Part shown: positions 54,496 to 64,000 of the stretch, in pieces
How the letters are laid out: the number at the start of each line of letters is the position of its first letter
How positions within the stretch are numbered: position 1 is the first letter of the stretch
Assembly (NCBI GenBank): GCA_040954595.2
Contig: CM082578.2
Span: 6,495,519-6,559,518, forward strand
Source: Balanoglossus misakiensis
Lineage: Eukaryota > Animalia > Hemichordata
Direction of reading: 5' to 3'
DNA length: 64,000 nucleotides
Notes under the pieces: generated by a model
The model's input: only the letters and a program-made list of their open reading frames with translations
Told to the model about the DNA's origin: nothing
Database searches by the model: none
Translations under genes and position numbers: made by a program

Positions 54496-55611
54496 GACGA
54501 TTCGTTAGTTTGTTTTCCGGGAAGATCTTACCTCAAAGTAATACGAAGAGCGCCACTCCAAAAGCGATTGTTGTTGCTTTTGTTTTTTGTCTGCCTAAAT
54601 TATACATCATGCTCATAATCGCGGTGAATTCCTAAATACATACTAACTTTTAATCACTTATTGTGATGACATGTTGGTCATTGCAGTCCGTTTTCGTTAT
54701 CTGTTATAATTCCCCTTGAGATAACAATAGCATTAATTTTAAATATTCTGCATGGAAGTGGCGTATTCGTAGATGATCTTGTTAATATCATGGTTGAGCG
54801 GCTCAAACCTCGATTTCTTTTTTGTATATGTGTGTTCAAGGGTGCATGTTTGGTGTCGTTCAAGGGCAAATGTTGATATGTGGTCAGTACAGTTTGATGA
54901 TCGGAGCCGCAATCTATAGTGTCATCTATTCCCGTGTCGGGGGCAAAAATCACCACTTACATATTACATGCAATACCCTTGGCATATTTCTAGCTGATAA
55001 CTTCATCCATGGTATCGCCTGCACTGATATACTATGACCGCCGCTAATCACCACTACAACAGATAGATACCAATGATAAGTTGTACCTGTCTTGGGGATA
55101 AACATGGCACGGGACAGCACCACGCGATATCGCGCCGCGGCACCCGTCCCCGTGAGCTGCTCGATTACAACGTTATCAAAGAGAAATTTTCTTTGTCTGT
55201 GTCACAATCAAGTATCGGTCGTGATTTAGACAGGCAACCAACAAAGGATTCTGCCGGCATTCAGATAGTGATGACTCAAATGACTGCTCGGTATACGAAA
55301 CACAAGTTTTAGAAGTTTGAGAATTCTGTCAATAATCGAATTTCTGAACACCAATTTTTTGTTCAAGTCCGTTTCGAGTAGAGTGCATAAACCACTATTT
55401 ATAGAGTGGTCACTTGACATGCGTTTTCCGCCGCAGACCTTCTTTTACTCAGTTTTGCGACAACAAAAAAGCGACATGTCCTTCTGCATTCACAAGTCTT
55501 GGTAACACCCATCAAAAAGTGTCGGGGATGTAGACTAATGTCGGCCTTCCACTCGATTTTAATGACAACGAAGTCTCACTCCTTCAACAGCGCGTAACAA
55601 AACATGTATAA

Positions 55612-56417
55612 GGCTGCATTCACAAACACCTCTGGAGGGGGGGCGGGAGAATTGAGGGGGGGGATTTGAAAAAATTGAGGGTATGTAAGGGGGGGGATTT
55701 GAAATAATTTAGGGACTGAAAGGGGGGGACTTGAAAACTTTAACGACTAAATATTTATTTTGAGTCCACAAAAATGCAGTTTCGCGCCCTTTATTTTACA
55801 AAATTTTCTAATGTGGGAGGGGGACACCCCCTCCCACACCCACCCCCTCCATTCATCAACACCTTTCAATCATTGACTGGTTTATCTAGTATCCCAGGTC
55901 AGGGGACTTGCCCCCACCCCATGATAACTTTGAGCAGCGACGGTTAAATTTGTCCTCCCCAACATACCGGTAGTTGAGTTAATTTGCTTTTGCCGGGTTC
56001 ATTAAAATGCAGCTTTGAGCTCTGTATTTTAGAAAATTTTCTTACGTGGGAGGGGGACACCCCCTCCCAAACCCACCCCCTTCAATTCTCGGTTTACAAT
56101 GTCTCCCAACACAGAATACAAATATATGTACTTAAAAAATAAAAACAATGTTCAGTTTTAATACCCACTGATGAGGGAAAACATCAGTTTCAAATTCTTT
56201 TCATGGGAGCGCTGTTTTTCTTTTTACAAGATAGATAGGTGATGTGTTTTGCTCAGTGAAAGAAAATGGGGGGGGGGGGGGGATTTCAAAATTTTGGCAG
56301 TTCGGAAGGGGGGGATTTGAAAATATTGGCAGTTCGGAAGGGGGGCATGTGAAAATTAGCGGTAAAAAAATTTGAATTCTCCCGCCCCCCCCTCCAGAGG
56401 TGTTTGTGAATGCAGCC
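55612..56417. mobile_element. PIF/Harbinger (Tourist-like) non-autonomous element, ~42-bp TIRs, TAA target-site duplication
   Basis: taa|ggctgcattcacaaacacctctggagggggggcgggagaatt ... aattctcccgcccccccctccagaggtgtttgtgaatgcagcc|taa; TIRs differ only in G-run length. Confidence 0.9.
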
Positions 56418-56928
56418 TAAATTCGACATATATGAAAACATTCGGCCCATTCTCACGATTCTCATGGTTTTGAATGTACTAAGTTAAAAACGATGAAAGA
56501 GTGAGGAACTCCGCCAAAGTCGATTTCCATGTCATACAGCCACACATTGGCTAAATGCCTAGGCCCGGGAAGAAACGGGGTTCCTTTCGATTGCCTATAT
56601 GGTCGCTTTTATGTAGCTCCCTCGGGCGATGTTTGTGTGACACCGGTTCCCACAATACATGTGCACTGTAGTCCACTATAATAAAATATTTCGGTGGACA
56701 AATGATGATACAGAATGATACCCCTTGATACTCAAAACAAAGACTGAACCCTAAAACCTAAATTTATGGGATGTCGCAGTATGCCGAAGTTCGGTTGCTT
56801 TTATCTTATGCGCATCACATGATGTCAGAAATTCTTGGCACACAACTGCCTCGCTTACTAAATTGGCCCACGAGTTTTTTAGTTGCTTGGTGATGGGATT
56901 ACACAGCCAAGAAGATGATCAAGGTTAA

Positions 56929-57224
56929 GGCTGCGTTCACTAATAGTGTGCGGGGGAGGGGTGTATAGAAAATAAAGGGGTGGTAGAAGGGAGTGGGAAA
57001 TTATTGGAGTGTTAGGGGGTTCGGGGAATGATTTTGGGTCTCTGTACGTAGACAAGTGGACATTTTGGCATATTTCAGAAAATGACTAAAGAAAACAGTT
57101 GATGTACAGAACTATATGAATAATTCCTTGGTGAATATTTCAGCATGTGTGCGGTTCAGGCTGAAAACTGTGGGAATTATATTCCTCTGCCCCCCCCCCC
57201 CCCAACTTTTTTGTGAACGTCGCC
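56929..57224. mobile_element. Second Harbinger-type MITE with related termini, TAA target-site duplication
   Basis: taa|ggctgcgttcac ... gtgaacgtcgcc|taa; G-rich left and C-rich right subterminal tracts. Confidence 0.75.
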
Positions 57225-57550
57225 TAAATCGTTTTTCCCCTAGTATGTACCTAAACAAATCGTATCAGAACCGAGCTATTACAAAGGCAGACCCAGATAA
57301 TGGACGCTCCAGGTTTACGTTTATGCCGATGTTCAATAGTTCATCTATTTATACTCTATCACATGCTTTGTGCAAACAAAGAGCGATCAGAGATACCTTG
57401 TGTAGTCAGATACTCAGATATGTAAGTCGTAATATATGATACAGGTAAGCTAAGCGGTGGCGCATAGCTACTTAGCAGACACCGCCGGCCATTCCCAGGT
57501 CAACGCATTGTCACTTCGCCAGGGCTTGATCGCCGCGTTCACTTTCCAAG

Positions 57551-60500
57551 ATGATGAAATACGAGATGGAAGAGTCCATTGAAGGCGCGAAACCGAACGG
57601 ATACTACGTCTCCAAGAAGTGCTTGGCGTTAACCCTGACTCTGTTTGTCCTCCTTCTAGCCGGAGTCGCCGTGTTGTTTTACTTCATCCCCGGACCGTCC
57701 GATGAAGTTATCTGTGTTGAGCCGACTGAGCTCGAGTCTCCCGGGCTTTCGCCCACGCCCACCGGAGCCGATGCGCCCGGCGGCGACTGCCCGCCCATGC
57801 CCGCCGTCCCGGTCGACGAACCGGCCGAATCAGACCCCTTCTACGGACGCCTTTCTGGCGACATAATACCGAACCACTACACCGTCTGGATCAAGATATA
57901 CCTGGATCTCGCAGATGGGGCCCAACGATACTCGTTTGATGGGAATGTAAGCATCGATATGCACGTCTACCAGACCACAAGTACCATCAAGGTGCACGCA
58001 TCAGAAATGACAATCCACTACACCAATACATATTTGACAGACGGCCTCCAGAACACGATTGCCATCACAAGCCAAACCGAGGACTCACTCTATGAATTCT
58101 ACGTCATAGAAACAGCAACACCGCTAGAAGCTGGTAAAGATTACACTTTACATGTAAACTTCGAGGCGCCAATAACTCTGGATTTCCACGGTCTATACAG
58201 AAGTTTTTACGGTGAAGGTCTGAACACAGTGTAAGTCGAACGCCGTTTTCATCCCTATATGCAGGCCTGCGCATTCTTTCGATGCTTTGAAGCAAACGCG
58301 ATCCTCCTCTCAACTGCTCATTTTCAGTTCACAGACATGAAACTTTCAAAACTTTGAGGAAATAATGTTGCCCTGACTGCGGTGTTCCGCTTTTCACCGA
58401 GTGACTTGTGAATATTATATATTAAACTACAGAAGCAAAGTTGAACATTTCAGGACATGTTCTCTCTCAAAGCACCTAAGTCTGCCAATGGTTTGTCTGA
58501 TCTTGTCCTATGTTGTGCATGGATGCCCCAGGGCCTTCGTAGCTTTGCGTAGCAAAAGTTGACGTGACTGGCGGAGCTTTGCTTGGCGCATTCGCCATGA
58601 TAAGGCATTTTATTGGTCGGTGTGTGTTCTGGAGGGGGGGGGGCGGGGTGAGAGAGTCTACCGCACAATGCACTGATTTTATCCCGTTGGTTAAACATTC
58701 GATAATAATTGACAAGTCTATAAGTACATGTAGGCCTATATTCAAACCAATTTATGAACTCATTTCTAGATAAAATATTGCGTCATATTCGAACGATACT
58801 TTCACTGACATATTCACAAAATATCAAACTATGTTTGGTTTCTCTATACTCCTCAGCGACTTGGTGGCATCTCAATGCGAGGCCACCGCGGCGCGTACAA
58901 TATTCCCGTGTTTCGACGAACCGAGCTTCAAGGCGACCTTTGACATGACCATTGTCCATCGAGACAGAAGACATGCGCTGTTCAATATGCCGGCTATCAG
59001 CGAAACGCCACTCGAAGATGATTGGATGGAAACAAAGTTTGAGAAAACAGTCGTCATGCCAACCTACCTCTTGGCCGTGGTCGTGTCCGACTTTCCATAT
59101 TTGGAAATTGAGGATGACAATCTGACGGTAATGGCAACTCTTAACTTACTACACACTGCCTCCAATATAATATCCATCAACACCTCTGCGGTGCAAATCA
59201 GAAGGACCCCACCCCTCCTCGTACTCGTGTACAGTACATCTCACAAATTGTCCCTTCTTATGCAGTCTCTGTTCTGCCTCAAAAGGACAAAGTCTCTCTC
59301 TCGCTGCCCTTTTGCTATTAATTATGTTTGATACAAGACACCGTTTAGGTAATGTACATGTGGATATATAGAGAATCAACGTTCAACCACACAAAACTTC
59401 CATCCCACTTGAATCGTATGATATGAGAGTAAAAACGCGCCCAAAATGAATAAAATGGTAGAGAACGATTCATTTTGGCGCGTTTTTTCACTCTCGTGTC
59501 TACAAGCGGGATGGAAGGTGGGTGTGGTAGAACGCTCACTCACTTCATATCCACGTGTAGAATAACATAAACGGTGTCTTGTATCAAACATAAGTAATGG
59601 AAAAGGGACAGCGAGAGAGAGACTTTGTCCCTTTTATACTTCGAATGATACTTTACACTTTTTCTCTTTTTTCAGTTCCGTGTGTGGGCACAGCCTGACC
59701 TCATCGCGGCGGCCAATTACTCTCTCGAAGTTGGGCTGAAAATGCTTCGACACTTCGAAGAGCTTTACCAGATTCCATACCCGCTGTCGAAGATGGGTAC
59801 GTGATGCATGATGGGTATATAGGCTTGGTACCTACGCGACTGAACCGTTCCCATGTGTAACATTTAGAGCTCCGTGATAATTAGCTGTAACTTTTGGCTG
59901 TACTTTCAGCACTTTTTGTGTCGTTACTGCAGTTTCTGGATCGATCCCCCGGGAAATGATGATATGCCCGATATTCTGCTTGTCTTCACAGCACAATTAT
60001 TCTCTCTAAAGAACATATGGTGGCGCTCCTATTTCAGGTGTGCCACCCACTGAAAATCTGTGATTGGCTGGATCTCAGTTTGCCATGATAACTGTAGTTA
60101 AATTTTCAAAGGTGACCTATACAGCGAGCATGTTAAAATGGAACGTGAGTCAACCCCTATCATAATTGGATTTATCAATGTCTTTTTTTGACCCCGTGTA
60201 TATAGACATGGTTGCTGTTCCACAGTTCCTGGCTGGGGCCATGGAAAACTGGGGATTGATCCTGTACAGCGAAGGAGCAATGATATACGACCCGGATGTG
60301 AATACGCCGAGTAGACAACAAACGGTTGCTCTAGTTGTGGCGCATGAATTGGCCCATCAGGTATGGATGTCAATGTGTCTGAACTCCCCCCCCCCCCTCC
60401 AGTTCAAAATACTGTCAAACCTGCCCATAGTGGCCAGTCAAGGGACTTTCCTAAACTGGCCTCTATAGACAGGTGGCCATTATAGACAGGTCAGATAATG

Positions 60501-63500
60501 TAACAAAGTTGCCACTACATAGAGGTGGCCACTAACACAGGTTTGAATGTATCGCTGAAACGTTGATTCGATTCGGATCGGCAACCATCACCAGTCACTT
60601 CCGTCAGATTCGATGATTTCCCATTATGCCCAATCCAAATGAAGAGCTAGAATCATCAGAAAGCTCATAGAAAAAACGCCTGTTCAGTCGACGAGTTTGT
60701 TTCTTCCCCCCTCCCCCCATGTGACCAATCGCACATGTTCCACAGGCTACATCACCTTTTTCACTATTATAACATCCCTTTATGTGTGAAGCTAACCGAC
60801 ATCTGGCTAATTCCTGTTTTCCAGTGGTTTGGAAACCTGGTGTCTCCGCAGTGGTGGGAGCACATCTGGCTGAACGAAGGCTTTGCCACTTTTGTCACGT
60901 ACGTCGGAGTCGATCACGTGGAACCGGATTGGAAGTATGTAAGTATAGTCAAAGAGTACGCGACAGAATGGCCAACATCTGCTCTGGGTATACGTTTTGT
61001 GTCGTTTGGTATCTCTCATTCGCCAGATGCCTCTACAGACAGACGGTGAATACCTGTCATTTCAGGGTGTCACTGCAATGCACTGTCTACTTTCTCCTTC
61101 TTTTTTTTTGCAGTGGGAAACCTTTCATGTTTCTGACATGCAATCTGCATACACCGCCGATTCGAGATCCATATCGTCACGTCCGCTCATTAACCCCGTT
61201 GGATGGCCAGCCGAAATAACCAGGATGTTCGATACCATCACATACAGCAAGGTAAAAAAAAGCAATCTGTGTAGTTTTCAATCGAAAATAAGATTTACCG
61301 ATACATTTTCAATTTAATTCAGTAAAACTTTGAGTGTGCGCTGGCGTAGATATGCATCCAAGATATTATTTAGTTATATTATTCCTACCAATGGAAACTT
61401 AAGCTTTGGCATTGCGTCAACAATACAAACCAGGAGATCATGATACAAAGTGTTCATCAATGGGTTGGTGTGCCATTTGTGACCGAGAATATTACGCTGG
61501 GTTTGTTTTACGATACAAAAGTGGACATTGATCTAGCATCACTGACTGGTAACAATCGTTCAGTTTGATAAGCACATTGTACTTTTTGCGCTTCAAGACA
61601 GTGTGAATAACGTTTGTTTCAGGGTGGGGCAATATGTCGTCACTTCCGGTCAGTTCTGGACGACGCCGTCATCAATAACGGTCTCATAGATTACCTGACG
61701 ACCCATATATACGGCAATGCAGAGTCCGATGATCTGTGGGCTGCACTGACTCGGGTAAGTAGTCACCATACTTAGGATAAACTACGACATGTTGATATTA
61801 CATGACAGAATTCAAAACATCAATTTTATTATCATAGGCATTATTACTGTTTACTTGTGTCATTAATTCAACCTTCTCACAAAGTTTGTTCGTAATATCA
61901 GCAATTTCTCTGTCTTTGCACAAAGATCTCAATACACGGTTAGCTTTGGCCAAAAGACAACCAAGCACAAGTAAAAGTCTCACACTTTCACATGTCCGAT
62001 CATCGATAACACAAATGCAGCAAAACAACACAAGAAAACAAACAAACACAATTCGTATCCGTAAGAGAATAAGATACAAAACTAACAAACATGCCAATAA
62101 GAAACATCAAGTGTGAGTACACCCTGCCCATCTATCACTTTTCAATTCCAGAGACACTTTCTGTGCACTTCTGACATAAACTACACCCACAGTTCCTCAA
62201 TATGCGTTTTTGTGTGTAAAACAGGCTGACGTAGGCAACAAAGACACTGACGTCAAAGCAGTGATGGATTCCTACACTCTGATGGCGGGACACCCCATTG
62301 TGACCGTCAGTCGCACCAGCGCGACGACGGTGGTCGCCTCGCAGACCTACTTTCTGTTGGATCCCAACGACTACTACCAAGAACAATTTCCTAACAACGG
62401 GTAAAGTACCTATTGTTTTGCAATTGGGAAAACGCTTTAGCAATTATACAATTCAATAAATAGTTCAATATATCAACGCTCGTCTGTCGGTTCCAAAAAA
62501 GCATTTTTACGAGATAATTCAAATGTCGACGTAACGTCCTTCCGTACCCAGTAATATTTTTGCAAGAACGCTCTTGCCCCCGGGACATCGTGGTGGGTGT
62601 TTTTTCGATGTCTATAATGGCACGTGCGGGGAAACAATCTCGCATATACTTCGCAAATCACATATACATACCAAGCATAGTTGTATATGAAATAGTCCAG
62701 TCATAAGCAAATGTCAAAACTTCCACCTAGAGCTATGAAGTAAATGTGTATCGGCTTTGGTCCCTTCGTAGATACATTTGGACAGTTCCACTGACTTACA
62801 CGGTATCGTCTGATCCTAATTTTGTCGACCCACTTGAAGACTGGCTGTATACAGACCCAAGTAAGTGTAAAGACACCGTTCAGGAATTTCTACAACATTG
62901 TCAGATTCTTGATCATAATGTACTGGCAGCTTGTTGGTAAGCACAGTATACGAATCGAAGACAACACGCACTATCGATTAAAAAAATAACCCAAGCATTT
63001 GCTAATGCCGCACGTTGGTGCTATGTTAAAAGAGGTGTTTTGCGATGTGAGCTACAAGTCGAAGATGTTTGCTATATAATTTTAAAATTATCTGACCAAT
63101 AAACTTTCTCCTCGAATTTGTAGTTACCATAACACTAACAGGAGCTTCTGACCAGGACTGGGTGCTGTTCAACATCGACAAATGGGGATTTTACCGCGTC
63201 AATTACGACGACGACAACTGGCAGAAACTGGCGGATCAGTTCAACGCCGACCATACCGTAAGCGTTACTAGAATTTCGTCTGGTATATAATTACATATTG
63301 TAACAGCCAGTTTTGCAACATTTTTAAATGCAATTCCAATTCCCATTACGTCACAGGCAATCAGTGACCAATCACGTGCTTCCACCATCGATGACGCATT
63401 CAAGGCTTCTCAGCCGTTCCACACAGACAATGTCAATGCCCTCAGACTGACGGAATACTTGGACAAGGAGTTTTCATATATGATTTGGGAGACAGTTCTG

Positions 63501-63790
63501 GATAACCTTGGTTACACTCACAACATGCTGTTGAGAACATCAGAGTTCTATCTCTTTGAGGTAAGTATCTCTCCCCCTCTCTGTACTATTACATGTATAT
63601 GCGAATCGTTAGTGTCTTTGTTCAATAATGTAATATTCCAAAAAAGGTATGCTTTCCCTATTAACTCTTACCAGAAGATTACATTAGCCAGTGATTTTGT
63701 TCCTTTGTTGCAGCAATACTGGAGCATACAAGTAACTCCGCTATATGAGTCTTTAGGATGGGACTTCTCCCAGGGTGGCCATCTTGACTA
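57551..63790 (+). CDS. M1-family zinc aminopeptidase (aminopeptidase N-like), type II membrane protein; 3' end beyond window
   Basis: Exons 57551-58230, 58857-59127, 59676-59796, 60206-60360, 60825-60938, 61114-61251, 61623-61754, 62225-62400, 62772-62860, 63124-63257, 63357-63560, 63714-63790, in frame with GT-AG. N-terminal TM anchor and Pro-rich stalk; [24 protein letters not shown]+QWFGNLV, WLNEGFA, catalytic [13 protein letters not shown]. Confidence 0.93.
59281..59635. mobile_element. Foldback element (imperfect ~170-bp inverted arms, ~16-nt loop)
   Basis: aaaaggacaaagtctctctctcgctg...tatgtttgatacaagacaccgttta... pairs with ...taaacggtgtcttgtatcaaacataa...cagcgagagagagactttgtccctttt; inner arms aaaaacgcgcccaaaatgaat / attcattttggcgcgtttttt. 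Confidence 0.85.
60006..60094. repeat. Interspersed repeat copy (matches 33913-34002)
   Basis: ctaaagaacatatggtggcgctc...ctgtgattggctggatctcagtttgccatgataactg. Confidence 0.75.
60410..60551. mobile_element. pogo/Tc1-like MITE with TA ends
   Basis: tactgtcaaacctg...agtggcca ... tggccacta..acaggtttgaatgta; internal tatagacaggt repeats. Confidence 0.65.
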
Positions 63791-63915
63791 GTAAGTTCGT
63801 ATCTAGGAATAAAATTACGGAATGTCGGTAGCATAGACTAATATTTCAGGGGAAGTAGTACAATTCACTGTCGAGGGTGAATCGTAAAGCCATTGCTTTC
63901 GAGTATGTGACTGTG

Positions 63916-64000
63916 CAATACAATACAATACTGTAACAATACAATACAATACAATACAATACAATACAATACAATACAATACAATACAATACAATACAAT
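63916..64000. repeat. (CAATA)n pentanucleotide microsatellite
   Basis: Tandem CAATA running to the window end. Confidence 0.95.

Overview
Eukaryotic (animal) genomic DNA, AT-rich and intron-rich, most consistent with a marine invertebrate, plausibly a non-vertebrate deuterostome (species cannot be determined from sequence alone). I reconstructed four spliced protein-coding genes by hand with consistent GT-AG phases: (1) a 5-exon type II membrane O-fucosyltransferase-family (GT-B) gene (+, 21-3162); (2) a 12-exon TBC1D30 Rab-GAP orthologue with very large introns (+, 4659-46944); (3) the 8-exon proteasome lid subunit PSMD6/Rpn7 (-, 50943-54473); (4) an M1 aminopeptidase N-like gene (+, 57551 to beyond the window end). 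Introns and intergenic DNA hold many MITEs (Harbinger-, pogo/Tc1- and hAT-like), foldback palindromes, an L2/CR1 LINE remnant and microsatellites. Most ORF-track entries are chance ORFs. The most interesting signal is a small spliced gene nested antisense in TBC1D30 intron 5. It has a non-coding first exon and a second exon encoding a 27-aa transmembrane micropeptide (MADMARNFFKICLGLAIVCFIVYLDMP) that resembles sarcolamban/sarcolipin/phospholamban SERCA regulators. A second, CpG-rich antisense spliced unit appears in intron 2.
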